Shown here: positions 25,083-39,269 of the stretch, one piece after another
Layout of the letters: each line of letters opens with the position of its first letter
Position numbering within the stretch: position 1 is the stretch's first letter
From: Vicugna vicugna
Lineage: Eukaryota
Assembly (NCBI GenBank): GCA_013265495.1
Contig: MU058781.1
Span: forward strand, 11,017,009 to 11,081,008
DNA: 64,000 nt
Reading direction: 5' to 3'
Made by a program: the position numbers and the translations under genes
The notes under the pieces: generated by a model
The model's database searches: none
What the model was told of the DNA's origin: nothing
What the model saw: only the letters and a program-made list of their open reading frames with translations

Positions 25083-28000
25083 TGGCCTTCTGCCTGAGAA
25101 ATTTCCCAAGTTTGCTTCATGGAAATACTCCTTCCCAGACCCTCTGAGAATGCCCTCCTGCAAGTCAGGACCTACACCCCTCGCTTCTGAAGCACAGAAT
25201 GGGATCAGTGGAATGGTGATTTCTTGTTCATCCTCAGTGCCAAATGAGTACAAGGAAGTGCCCAAGATAAAGTAAGTTAGAGGCCCCAGCACAGCACAGT
25301 GGTTAAAAACAGGGACTCTGAGCCCATCCAGCCTAAGTACAAATAGCCTATCACTCTAGTTTCCACATCTGTAGCAAAGGGACCGTAATAATACATAACA
25401 CACCATAAACCAAATAATCTTAATATAGAACTTACAGGTTATCGTGCACATAGAAAGTCAGCAATACACAGTTGCCATTATGGTTATAGTAAATTCTCTC
25501 TCTTTGGAGAAGCATTCATTTAGAGACACTCTGAGCCTCTTGGCTCCTTCCATCCTCTTAGAAGAGCCGCAGATCTCTACTTGTGTGCTACAGATGCCGA
25601 CTCTTATCAAGTAGGTGAACAGATGTGGCTGTCCCAAAATTGGACAGAAAGATAAAATACAGGCCGTTGAGGAAAGGTCAGGAAGAGGCAGCTTCACAGG
25701 ATGAGTAGGTAGAAAACAACATTCAAGGCCTGACCCCTGATGAGGTGTTAAATGACGGGTGGGAGCAATCCCCGCTGTAATCCAGTTAACATTTAGCACC
25801 TAATTATCACTGCTCAGTGGAGTCCAGACTAGATAATTGTGAACTGCAACCTCCAAGCTACAAAGGAAGTGTTTGATGCTACTAAGACACAGATTCAATC
25901 ATTTAACAGGCACTGGCTATCCAGAAGCAAGGAGCAAGAGAGGCAGAATATTACTCTCGTTAGTCAGTGGAAAGTCATCCCTTTTCTGGAGCTAGCCTGC
26001 AGTTCAGCGGATTCTAGCCAAACAAGACATGGCTGATTTAATCCAAGATTTCTTTCTAAATTGCCTTTTATAACCAGCAGTCATGGATAAAGCAGAAAAT
26101 ACAGTGTAAGATTTCAAACCTAGATTTTCCTTCACGGAGGGTACAAAGCAGTGTTAGTGATTCACCACCTTTGTTTTTGGGGTGAGATGATAAATTTCTT
26201 AATCTTTTCAGTCCTCAAAAAAACCATCTTCTCAGTATGTAAATGGGATAACTTTTGGGATAGTACTATGACTAAAACACAGGTCTGACTCCTGAGAAGC
26301 TCTAACATGTAAGTTTAATATGGAAGACGAAGAGAGAGGGTGAAAATTTTCAATACAATAAGTGTAACAAAATCATTTGGAAGACTTTCCACAGAAGCAA
26401 AGATATTTATGGTATATCCTATTTTACAATACTGGCATTGTTCTCACTGACAGTTCCTCAGCCAGGGTATTTGAGTACCTGGGTTAGTTGTCGGAACTGC
26501 CCAAACTAGATCTCAACGTCCATATACCCAACCTGCTAGATACTGTTAACTTCTCCGTGACAACTCTACCAACCTGTGATCAAACACTGCATATGCATAC
26601 TCTAAGAAACACCTCAATTTTTATCCTGTAAAACTGAGTTGAGTATTTTTGCTCTTAAATTACATTAACCCTCAGCAATGTTGAAGAAGGACTCAGACAA
26701 TACACAACACATATACACACATACAAATTTATTTCGTAGGTGTTTAAGAAAAATAAAGGAATTCAACTTCAGTGATTATAAAATAGAGGCAAAAGACTTA
26801 ACTTCACATTATAAAAATTTTCAGGTCATATTAGGGTCCCTGAAGAGAGAGGAAAAAGTAGGGTAGTAATAAGAGTATATAAGGGAAAAGGATGAAAAAG
26901 AGGGGAATATAGAAACACCCTATTTCCTCACTCTTAAGATATTCTTTCATAGATTATTCTCTGAAATCAGGATGCATCACACAACTGATAAAGTTTTATG
27001 ATCATGAGGTAAATGTTACACCATAGTTTTAGGGAAATTTTCCTTTGACAATTTTTGGAACGATCAAAAAAGCAGCAGCAGCAGAGCACACTGGAATTGG
27101 TGAAACGTGAGTAACAAGAAATGAGGGAGACACTTTGGGGCAGTTTCATAGCCTTTAGACAAGTACTTTTTGTAGATGAATTGCTCTTTTCATACTGCAG
27201 AGTTTCCTGGAGTTTGGAGGATAATAAGCTATTTCCCTGTTATCCTGCTCAACACAGAAACTGTCTTTTACATCCTAGAAAATGCATTCTATTGTCAACC
27301 ACTGCAATGTCAACCAAATGCAACCACTGCCCTTTTTTTTTTCCCAATATGTACCTTTTAGGGGGATATTTAGAGTTTTGCAAAGTATGAAGAAATGACT
27401 TAGAATATTAAATTTGAGCAATGTAAGGTCTTTAAGTGTTAAGTTCTTGATTTTATAGACTTGTAAAACTGAAAGACAAAAAAATTAGGTGATCTGTACA
27501 AGACTGCATTTAAAGTATACTGAGAACTCAATATTCTAGATAGCATGTAGCTTTTTCTATTTTGCCATGCTGTCTGCTTCTAGGTTTTAGTGAGTCCTTC
27601 AGAAAGACGAATGTAAATTTACTACCTATGTCAAAAAGCTGCTTCACTGTCTTATCCTAATCTTCAGGAGTTATGGCTGCTTCATTTGGTAATACCTGAA
27701 AGTTACACTAAACCTTTCAAATCAAATCCAGACTTCTTATCTAACTGGATCTTAGTTTGTATTATATTGTGTTTTCATTGTAAAAAAAAAAGTGCCAGTT
27801 ATTAGAACATTCACCTCAGAGGCACTGCATACTATACCTGTTCACTATATAATAAACTCAAGTAAAAATGAAATAAAACTCCTTCTGACATAACCGTACA
27901 CACCTGGGGATCTCTTCACCTCTTTCAAGGTCTCTCACCTTTCTTCTGTTCTTGTTCTTGGACTTATTTCCTGGACTTATTTCATTAAGCTTTCAAAAGA

Positions 28001-31000
28001 ATACTAATCAAACACATACTTTCCCAATTCCATTCCTACTTTAAGCTTTTCAATTCCCTTCACTAGAATAGATACTGAGAGTCTCTCTGGAAAATATTTC
28101 CAAATTATTCCTTGTTGTAGACTTCAGCACTGACAACCTATATTAATGTACATGTGATATGGAAAGGGACATTTATGAATTGTGCCATGATTAGCCATTA
28201 CCAGTGTAGCTTTAATTTATCAGATTGAGCTGCCAATCCCCTAACAGGGCATCAAGGGAGGGACACAAGAAAGATAAATTTTGATTAAAAAAAAATGTCT
28301 ACATCATGGGGACTCTTGGAGAGGGCAAGCATAGCTAAGCAAGTTCAAGGAGCAGTGTTAGGAAAACACTAGAGGCAAAATAGAAACAGTAATAAAAGGG
28401 CTCTGGGAAGAAATTTTCGTTACTTGGTGACCTGGGTTGAGATGTGACCTCTGAAATGATGCACAAAACAAATGCACACATCATTCCTATAATTTTAGCC
28501 ACATATTCCGTGGAGTTAATATTCCACCTCATGACAACCATTATTGCTATTGCTATATATTTAATGAGTTAATATATGCAAAGCATTTAGATGTGTGCCA
28601 GATACATGGTAAGTACTATGTAATATTTGCAATTATTACTTCTATGTCCACCCATTTATATTTTTTCCACAAAAAAAATGACTGAGGAGAATCTCCTCAA
28701 TGCCTAGTACTGAAGTAGGTGCTACAGATATAAAGGGAAACTAAATATGATTCCTCATTTTGAAGATCTTGGTGTGATAAAAATACATGAAAACAGGGGT
28801 GCTGCTCAAATTCATCCGTGAATCTTATGAGTTGTTATTATTCCCACTAGACTCACAAAGAATTCAAGATTCAGAAAAGTAACTTGTGAATCCACAGTCA
28901 TGAAGTTAGGACTTGAAACCAGGTCTGTCCAAACCCAAATCAGAGCTGTAGGTCAGCATACAGGACATGTAGTCAATATAGCTGTAGTAGACTTCTGGCC
29001 TGATAGTTTGGGAAAGGAAACTTAAGCACAAGATTCAACTAAATCTACCTGGGAAAACCAGTGAAAGTTCCAGAGAGGAGGTGACATTTGAGCAAAGAGC
29101 ATTTCAAAAAGAAGAGAGAGTAGGGAAGAAATTAGACATTTTAGCCTAAGGATCAGTGTCATACTGGGGTTTGGGTTATGGGGGGTCAATGAACTCTGAT
29201 AGCTATCTACACCCAATAGGTTCTACTTCCTTGTTTGGGACAGCTGATCTGTTCACTCAAACAGTATTTACTGAGCAACTACTCTGGATTAGGCACCATA
29301 TTCAGCACCGTCATGGATACAAAGATTCCAAAACAAACTCCACCCCCAAGGATCTTCGTGGAATAAGAAGCTGACTAGACTAGCTCATTCTTTAGCCCCC
29401 TTCTTCCATTTTCACAAACCATGTGTACTTCTCCCACCCTGGCATGGAAAGCAGGTGTAAAATGTTTCTGATTAAAGCGTAATTCCTGTTGCTCCAAGAT
29501 TGACTATCAAGAATACCAGAATACAGGTTATAAAGAATAATTTCACTTTCAGGAGAAGCAAAAATATATCAGTGTCCAAAACAATAAATGTGAAAAATAA
29601 TTAGGGCTCTAGTTTAATCTAGACTATGAATATGAAATGTGATCTAAAAGTGAGTTGAGAGAGTATAACATTTCCATGGAGAGCACATATGATGAGGAAA
29701 TTCCAGGCTTGAAACATGAAGAGGTGAGCTCATGGCACAGGCTGGGGAGCAGAGTCAGAGACTGAATCCAGGTATAGACCAAATGTTAATGAGCCGTCTC
29801 CTTTGAGCCTGGTAAACACAGTGAGAGGTTATGTAGATGGAAGGAAAGTGACTGGAAAATCGACTGCATTTTTAATGAATTTGAAAACCCATTACATGCT
29901 CTGTGATTCTATGACACAACACAATTAAGCCACTTGTGCACACTGTATTCGCCCCAGGGAAAGCTCGCTGGGTGAGCAAGATGTGTCCCCTTTCCTGTGG
30001 GTTCCATAGTCAGAGTTGGTAGGAAAACATCTAAATAAGCATGACTGCTACTACTAGTGGCTAACACATAAGGGCTGCCTTTCATGTGGCCAGTGCTTTA
30101 TCTTTTATTTTATTCCAATCCTTACACATACTGTTGTGGCAGTTATTAACCCCATTTTACAGGTAAGTCGACCGAAACTGAGAAGGTTAGAAACTTTCCC
30201 AAAATGATGCAACTGGTAAGTAGCAAACCCAGATTAACTCCAAACTCATATTAATTCCAAGGCCCACAATGAAATGTCTCCCCCATAAAGGCTGATATTG
30301 CTCAGAGTAAGAGAAGAGATAGCCATCTTAGACCTGGTAACAGGAGGCCAAACAAGGTAACAATGGAAGAGAAGAGACCTGGAATCAAATCTCAGTTGTG
30401 CCACATGCTGACTCTGTGAGCCCTGAGCAACTCACTAAACACGTGGACCTTATGTACAAAATGCAAGTAGTTCCTGAGAGAATTATATAAGATTACACAT
30501 TGTGAAAGTGCCAAACAATACCTAGCATATAACAGATTCTCGTTTAAAAGCAAATTGAACTGAATAACCAAGTATATTTTCCGTTAGGAAAACAAAAATA
30601 ATGTGCCCAAATCAGAATTAACCAAACTTATATTTCCATTTCCAAAGAAAAGGATTCCTCTACGATACCATTAACAGAAGGGTATTCTTAATATCTGTAG
30701 AATATAATTTGATTTATAAACATTAACTTTATTCAGCTTCTCAGGCATATTTATTTCATTCAGCAAAATGCACCAGAAGTCCAGTAACTAAGACAACACA
30801 TTCCCCTTGCATTTCTAGATTTTGAAAACTGATTTCAAAACAAATCATTAGAAATGTCATAAAATTCAATCACTCTATTAGTTAACATTCAAATCAATGG
30901 TGACTTACAAATGGTGAAGGAAACTAGACTGTACTGTGTGCCTATCATGTGCCAGGTGCCTTACATAAGTTTCAGTAGGCAGCTGTACTCACAGGTCCAC

Positions 31001-31214
31001 AAACACTACACTCTTGATAATTCCAGACACTGGGATGGTGTCAGGCATCCAAACTCCTAGAGGAACTATCTATCCATCTGCAGAGATTTCTCTCATCTGT
31101 AATTATGGTGGCTTCAAATTTTCTCTCTTGTCATCAGACTATATCTCCCAATTTTGAGTCTGGAAAATTTGTTCATGGTATCTTTAATTTAGAGCCAATT
31201 TAAAGCATGGATTT

Positions 31215-31502
31215 CTCTGAAAGGTGGAAGGAAGGAGGGAAGGAAGGAGAGAAAGAGAGACACTGACAGAGAGATGAGAAGGAGGGAAGGAAGGAGAGAG
31301 AAAGAGAAAGATGAAAGAAAGAACAGAAGGAAGGGAGGGAGGGAGAGGGAGAGAGAAAGAAAGAAAGAAAAGAAAAGAAAAGGAAAGAAAAAAAGAAAGA
31401 AAGGAAGGAAGGAAGGAAGAAAAGAAAAGAAAAGAAAAGAAAAGAAAAGAAAAGAAAAGAAAAGAAAAGAAAAGAAAAGAAAAGAAAAGAGAAAGAGAAA
31501 AG
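31215..31502 (+). repeat. Compound polypurine microsatellite: (GGAA)n, (GAAA)n, (GAAAA)n
   Basis: About 290 bp of almost exclusively A/G on the + strand, ending in a long perfect GAAAA array (~31418-31488). Confidence 0.97.
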
Positions 31503-33519
31503 CCTTTCCCTTGGCCCACACATGGACCACATTAGGCAAGCGGCATACTCATTTATCCAGAAGATTGATGTGATAGCCACAAGGGATTCATTTACAAGGG
31601 GAAACTGTAGTCCACAAAGAGGCAAAAAGTATGAGTACATCAGGTTTAGCAGTAAAGCCTCATCTATTTCCAGGTCTATCTGTCCTACCATCTACACACC
31701 CCTCTCCCCACACCTTTTTATGTTATTCATGGTCATTTGTAGAACTAATCAACTGCTAGATGAGGTGTGAATTTGGGCTTTTTTGCTTGTATTTGGCAAG
31801 ACTGCTTCCCCTATCCTGACAAATTAATTACCTGTGAATACCTCCCAGCAGCCCCAGACTTTCTTAGATGAAAGAACAGTGGGTACCCATGCTCACCATT
31901 TCAAAATGCAAGCATAATAAATGAAGTGATCAAAATACAAGGCTCTGACCTGGAGCCAAGGACAGAGCCTGCTGTGGGTTCTTTTCCACATTGTTTTCCT
32001 CGGCATCAAGTACTGCAGAGTGCAAGTCCCAGGACTGCCAGTGGAATAGATCTAATATTGCCATGTGGGAGGAAGGAGAAGCCACAGGGGCAAAGGAGCT
32101 ATTAGAAAGAGAGAGGCCGTGAGTAACTGGGAGGCTCAGTCTGGAAGGTCCTCCCGGAGAGGGAGAGCCTTTTAAAGATGGAGGAGAAAGAGAGGAAGGT
32201 GAAGCAGCGGGGCCCTGCTGCGGTGGAGAAGCTCCCCACTTTCACTGGGGGCAGAACGAGGGGCTGCTTCACCTGCACAGAGTGTAAGAGCTGGTTCTGG
32301 GAACACCAGCTCCCTGTGTTATATTAGCACTCAGGGCTACAATTTTCATTTATTTGTAGGAGCTTGCTTCCAAGTTACCGTGCAATTTCTCCTTAATTGT
32401 TCCACCTAGATCTGAGCCTCCAGCTGGTTTTAAATATCTCAAGGGCAGGAACCAAGGTGGCTGTTTCATTTATAACTTTCTACAGGGCTGGGTAGCAAAA
32501 TAACATTTGTATAATGCTATACAGTTTGCAGATGGCTTCTTGTATGTCAGCCCATTTGTTCTTCACCATAACCCTGAGAGGTGGGAATTATTATTATCTG
32601 TATTTTATTTAGTCAGAGTTCAGTGCACACATGGATGACGCATATCTGTAGACGGTGAGTCTATTCTGTTAAAAGGCTAATTTTTTTAATATACTGGGTA
32701 CCTATAACACATATATAGAAGAGGAAAATATGCACAACTTTGTGAAAGGCAAACTATACACAATTTTAAATAGGTTTTAATTTAGAAAATTCCCCCAAGA
32801 GTATAAAAGGATGGGACAAAAAATGAGATAGGCCCTGGTCTTCAAGTAAATCTACCTGGGAGGCTGGCAGAATTTCCTGGAAGAGAGGAAACATTCTTTA
32901 TCTGTCAGCACAAGGGGTTCCCCAAAACTTGTGGACACCAAGCACCATCTATAGCTGAATAAGTCATATGTCTTACACATACATATTCATTTTGTGAACG
33001 ATCCCAACACATTTAAGAATTATTTCACTCACAGTAGCCATTTTTCATTATGCATATTCTCAAACAACAATTACTAGAAGAACAACTGCTTTCACATGAA
33101 AGCCATCATATAGGGTCCTGTGGGTCTCAGTGTCCAAAAGCCAGTGTAAGATCTTGGAAGGGACCCTGGGGAAATGTGGGAGCAGGTCAGATGCTATATT
33201 GGAAAATGTACCATAAGCATCAGCTACTCCTGAGTGATGTTTGACCTCTCTAATCAAAGGTTTCCAGATCTCATCTGTATGGTGTTATAAAGAAACACTT
33301 CAGACAATTCAGGGAAAAGGGCTCATCTAAGAGAAATAGCAAAGAGAGGATGGCTCATCACTATCACCATCATCTTCACTTGTCCAAAGTGATCCTACAT
33401 GGAACTCCAGGAAATGCTCTGGAAGAAATCAGAAATCCACCCTCGTCATCCTCATCAACAGCATCATTATCATCACTTCTCCCAGAATGAAGCTATGCAT
33501 TCACTATGACTTCAATCAA

Positions 33520-34472
33520 AGCCTAGTGAGTTTCTTGACGAAACATTCAAACTGATTCTAGGATTAATCTGGAAGAGCAAATGGGCAAGAATAGCCAAGA
33601 TAATTTTATAAGAGGGCAAAATAGGAACCAGCCCTCCCACAAGTCAAGATGTTAAAAACTACAGCAATTATATGGTATCAGTATAGGAATAAATGGATTA
33701 TTATTTGAAAAGAATCAAAAATAATGCCATTTGCAGCAACATGGATGGACCTAGAGACTGTCATTCTAAGTGAAGTAAGCCAGAAAGAGAAAGAAAAATG
33801 CCATATGATATCATTTATATGTGGAATCTTAAAAAAAAAAAGAGAGAGAGAGACACACACAAATGAACTTATCTATAAAACAGAAATAGACTCACAGATA
33901 TAGAGAACAAATTTACAGTTATCAGGGTGGGAAGGGGTTGGGAAGGGATAAATTGGGAGTTCAAGATCTGCAGGTACTAACTAATATGTACAAAATAGAT
34001 AAACAACAAGTTTATACTATATAGCACAGGTAACTATATTCAATATCTTGTAGTGACTTATGATGAAAAAATATGAAAACAAATATATGTGTGTTCGTGT
34101 ATGACCGAAGCATTATGCTATACACCAGAAATTGACACATTGTAAACTGACTATACTTCAATAAATATACATATATATATTAAAAAATAAAACAGAGCTA
34201 TCTATATGCAGGAATTTAATGTTTGATAAAGATGACACTGTAAATCTATGAAGAAAAAGATTAGTCAATAAGTGATGTTGGTAATAACAGACTTTTTTGA
34301 AGCAAAAGAAAATTTGTTCATATGGAGATTCCATATGAATGAAAGGTTTAAATGTAAAATATGTATATACATATATATATGTGCTAAAAAATTAGGGAAT
34401 ATCTCAGTGACTTTGAGGGTGAGGAAAGTTCTCCCTAAACAAGATGCAAAAAAAGTTTATATATAAATATAA

Positions 34473-34503
<31 letters not shown>

Positions 34504-35450
34504 TACACACATACATATACACACACACATATATATCACAAAAAGAAAGAATATATATATATCACAAAAAATTACTAATTTAGCCACCTCAAAACTATTT
34601 ATCAAGAGACATCATAAACAGAATTGAAACACAAGCAAAAATTGGGAGAAAATATTTGCGACAGAGAGAACAAAGGATTAGTATCCCCTATTAATAGAAA
34701 AGGGAATATAAATGGCCAATAAAGATGTGAATGGATACTCAATCCCACTGGTCATTAGCATTGTAAAACCACAAATGATACACCTTTTCTTTTTTTCACC
34801 CACAAGATTATTAAACCTGTTAAAAGTGCTGACAAGTTTGACAAGAGAGTAAGGAAAGGAATGCTCTCGTGTGTTGTGGTTTGAAATTTAAACTAGTAGA
34901 GTTGCTTTACTGGTCATTGTGCAGAACTGTTTGAAGCTCAAAATGTATACACCTTATGATCCTACATATCTAATTCCTGATGGCATCCCCTAGAGAAATA
35001 CTTGCACAAGAGAGCTGGAAAGGTATTTGTTGCAACATTGCTTGTGTAATTAAAACACTAGAATTAATCTAGATATCCAGCAAAAGGGAAATGGTTTTAA
35101 AATGTATCATGCACACTTAATACAGGACTCTGCAATAGTTTAAAATAATAAAGTTATTTTACATCTATTAACTTGGATTTTGAAAACATAGTGAGTAGGA
35201 AAAAAAAGCTGTAGACTAATACTATGATTTTTCTCTGGGGAGAAAAAGAAATTTTATATATCTCAATACATAGCAAAAGACCAGGAAAGATACACCAAAA
35301 AATGGCAAGAGTAATTACCTCTCAATAGAAGGGTAGAAAGCTAAGAATGAAATTGTGGAGAATAAACGGCTTAAAGGACACTTTGTCCTTATCTGTAATA
35401 TCTCAAAAATTTTACAAGGGATGACATATTTGTATATAACTAAAATTTAT
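33520..35450 (+). mobile_element. Old, highly diverged L1 (L1M-type) remnants with a (TA)n/(CA)n microsatellite at ~34455-34565
   Basis: CAAACTGATTCTA...TGGAAGAGCAAA...AAGAATAGCCAAGA and TGGGAGAAAATATTTGC. Confidence 0.7.
33711..34190 (+). mobile_element. L1 3' end (ORF2 terminus and 3' UTR) nested in an older L1
   Basis: AATGCCATTTGCAGCAACATGGATGGACCTAGAG...TATAGCACAGG.AACTATATTCAATATCTTG...ACTGACTATACTTCAATAAA. Confidence 0.9.
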
Positions 35451-36541
35451 GTTAAAACTTAAACTGTTACTTGGGGGGGTTGAAAATTTATGTGTCAGAC
35501 ACTGGGCAAAGTGCTTGATGGACATTACTTCATCCTTAACTCAAAAGAAGCCTCCATATATTATTATTTCCATTTTACAGGTGAGAAAGCTAAGCCCAAG
35601 AGACAATAAGTTATGGGTCTTCCTGGCCTATCTACACTTTGCTGCCTTCTACTAGAATGAGTGTGAATGATGCTTAGAGACAGCATGTCTCCTGGCTCAC
35701 CTAAGTCTTTCTCTAAAACAGATATTGGGAATTTGAATTTCTGGGTCACAAAGTGCACACAGATTCAGCTTCAACAGAGTCAGTCAAATTGACCCCTCAG
35801 GGTTGCTGTGCCAATTTACACTAGACTAATTCTTTCAGTTTTTAGAGAAGGACTCTGACCCAGGGACTGGAAGACTAGTTAGTCCCAGCGTCCCAGGTCA
35901 CTGTCTTACCCACCACATCCTATCACAGAACGTCATTCCAGTCCCAGATTAACATTTCACAAGTGTTGAGTCGATGGGGCAATGGTTAACATCCATTAAT
36001 TGAAATTCAAAGGCCAAACAGTGTTAATCTTCCATAGAAGGGGCCCTGAAGCTAGTGGCAGTGGGTTTTAATTGGGTTTTCTATTAAAGCAATTTTCTCC
36101 TCAGAGTTGTATCATAACGAAATGAAACAATTAAGTCTCATTTGGAAATACTAATGAATCATTTAGCATGGGCCAAGCAAAAAGAAAACACAACCTCTGT
36201 TACCCTCATCTGAGGTAGAGGGGAAAAACTTTGAAAAAACATGTTAAGAAACAGAACATGAGGGACTGGAAAGTTATGTATTAACAAGCTCTCTATGTAG
36301 TATCTCTCCCTCTGGTGGACCTCCCATCCCAATCTATTCTGTACTAATTCACAAGATAAATCTTGGTAAAATTCCACTTGATCAGTCTTGTCCATATTTT
36401 TCAATAACCCAGGAAATAAGGATTAAAAATCCCTTAGTCTGGCATTCAACCCTCTGCTAGTTCCCCTCTTTCTGGTCTTTGCCTTTATTCTTCCACAGAA
36501 ACAGGATATGGCTAAATCTCTGAGCTTCACAAATACCATCC

Positions 36542-36800
36542 TCTTTTTCTAACTAAAGTAACACTGGTTTATAACAATGTTCCATGTGTACATTATATTT
36601 GACTTCTGTATACACTACAGCAGGCTCACCATGAAGAATTCAACTCCATCTGTCACCATACACCCCTTTATCCATTCTGACCTCCCTTCAGCCCCCTTCC
36701 CCTCTGGTAAACACTTCTATGTTCTCTGTATCCATGTGGAATATAAAAAACAAAAAACAAACAAACAAAAATAAATGAACCAAACAGAACCAAACACAAG
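36542..36800 (-). mobile_element. Short L1 3'-UTR fragment, apparently with an inverted distal part
   Basis: Antisense L1 3' UTR (CCCCTTCCCCTCTGGTAA...GTTCTCTGTATC) abuts sense-type ATGTGGAATATAAAAAACAAA at ~36733. Confidence 0.6.
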
Positions 36801-39269
36801 TGTCTTTGTAAAGAGCCTATCCCACTGATACTAAGCATCCTCTTACCTCTGCACAGAGAAGACTTAACCAGGGAAACTAGACCCAGTTTGTCCTCACACC
36901 AACCACAGCCCAGACCTGTCCAGACCTAAAATCCCAGCTCATTCTCTTAAGATTTTGACTAAGCTTGGCAGCAGATTCAGCCACGTAAATGTTTAACTTC
37001 TTGTATGCGACAAAGAGAAAAACGTCACAATTCACAGCAGCCATTGCTGGAGGCAATGGGGACAAAAGGCTGTTTCTCCACAAGGTAAGTTTTCTGATGA
37101 GGTGGTCTACCACAAAACTGGCTCCAAAAGAACACAAAAACAAACCAGACCAAAAACAACAACAAATTCATATCATTTACCAATGCCTGTGGTGTAAATG
37201 CTCCAATTTCAAACTACCTGTGAGCCCCAAATTCCTGAATATTGAACAGTCACCTCTTCCAAGCCAGCACTGGCAGACTCCAGCACACAGAAGACCCTGA
37301 TTGGATTCTTCAAATAGGGAAGGTAAACCTCAAAGGCAGAAAAACAAACAGCAATTGAATTATCTGTCTGTTCACGGAGCTGGCAGTTGACTCAAGCAAC
37401 TAAAGCAGTAAATGGAGGAGTTTGGGGAGGAGAGGAGGCCAATGAGAAATTCTTGTGATGGTCTTCTCTGAGGACTTTTAAATGAGACAGAATATGTTCA
37501 TTTGATTTCAGCAGTTTGCAATGTTGTAATATAAAGCCCCTCTATAACTCTGAAGCTCTCGGTAAAATCAGGCTCCCTCTCAATCCTGTGAAGGTCGTAT
37601 CCTTGGGAAGAGGACTGCTAGCATGGAATAATATTCATTAATTCAACATGCTGAGGCTGACAATCTCAATAAACTGGGTGAATTCAGCAGAAACAAGTAA
37701 ACAGAGTTAATGTAGGAAAACATCCCATCTCACCACACTCATTCAAAAGCCCCCCAGAGAAATTGGAAGCATCCCACTGCTGGAAGAATAAATGTTCAAG
37801 TGAATTCCATTTGACCTTCAAAAGCCAGTGTGATCTCCAGTCAACATCTGTATTACAGAGTCAAAATAAATTGCTTTCTTCCGTTGCCTTTATGTATCAT
37901 GTCTTAGACAACAAAAAATGAAATAAAGTAAAATGAAACGAAATAAAGTAAAATGAAATAAAATAAAACAAAATAAAATGGGGCAGACTGGAAGAGTCAG
38001 TCCCAGTGTCAGGTGATGTAAGCCTAGCAGAGAATAAAGTTGTTTATGGGCAAAGCATGTGGCCAAGACATCAGCAGCCATAAGCAGAACAACAAATCTG
38101 AACCAAAGTCCAAGAGGCAAGCACAGGTGAGGGAGGAATAGGAGAGAAGCATTTGCTAATAGGCAAGTAAGGTTCTGTGTCCAGGAAGTCAATCCAGTTG
38201 AGTAGGACAAACATTTAGTGAGCCAAAGATAAATGGGCAGCACCTCTGGGACCAGGGACTCAGCAGAAGCAGAAGGAAGGAGCCAGCTTCCTAATAGATG
38301 GCTCAGGAGAGAAAGGGGCAGCTTCCTGCAGGTGGCACTACGGGGACTTGGACTGCTGACCATTAAAACAGCAGCAGTGCTCTCTGCCCAGGTGTGAGGC
38401 TCCCTCCTCCTTGTGGGTGAGCAAATGCCAGCTTGTGGCCGAGGGCTGCTGGAAAGAGGCGGGGATCACAGCTGACAGTCTCCTCTCATGATTTTAATGG
38501 TCTCTCAGCTCTGCCTCAGGGCACCTGGCAACACCGTAAGCTACCAGCTCCCTTGATTAAACTACAGGTCGACAGCTTATCTTTTGTCACTTTTTTTTCC
38601 CTTTCTGTGGGGAGCCAGTTCTTAAGGAAGAAGCTTTTGCCTTCTTAGTTCATCCCTCGTAATGAGCCTGCTGACTCTAACTGGGTGGCTATCTTTCACC
38701 TTTGGAAATCATAAAGGAAAATACAACATAACAGCTTCGGTGGGAGAAGGGGAATGTTTTAATGGACAATTTGATGATCATCAAAATAAAAACCAAGAAA
38801 CATCAGTGAACACCAAATACCCAAGGAGCCCCACCACAGCAGCCATAATGTAGACCAGGAATATCACCTCTGGCTATCTAGAGTCCTTTCTGTCCCCTTT
38901 GCACAGAGAACAGTGAACTAAGGAGCAACAGACTTACGAGAGAGCTGACTATTTTTAAACACTTGCACGTTTTTTTAATAGGAATAAATTCTGTTGGTCT
39001 TTGGCACCACGCAGGTCAGAAGAGAAGGAGCTTGGCAATTAGCATGCTGCCTGCACACTTGGAAAATCTCACACTGTCAGATACACCCTGGAATTCATCT
39101 TGGTGATTTTATTAAGTCTCACTCAGCTCTAAATTACTGATTCAGAGCTCAGAAATGGCACCACAGGGGGCTGAAAGAGGTTATTTGGATTCCCAGCGTT
39201 TTCATGTCCTCCAGAGTCGCTGGCCAACACACCATTGCTGAGAAACCTAGGCAAGAATCTAAGTAACCA

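Noticed and set aside
29301..29325. TTCAGCACC, a REST/RE1 left half-site (a similar half-site is at ~55636)
   Set aside because: There is no properly spaced GGACAG right half, and the 29301 site sits in an L2-like remnant.
31184..31691. Lys/Arg/Glu-rich and Phe/Ser/Leu-rich ORFs
   Set aside because: They are translations of the purine microsatellite.
37890..38363. 157-aa hydrophobic minus-strand ORF
   Set aside because: The Phe/Ile/Leu-rich end comes from the degenerate (AAAAT)n repeat at ~37915-37980, and no family is recognisable.
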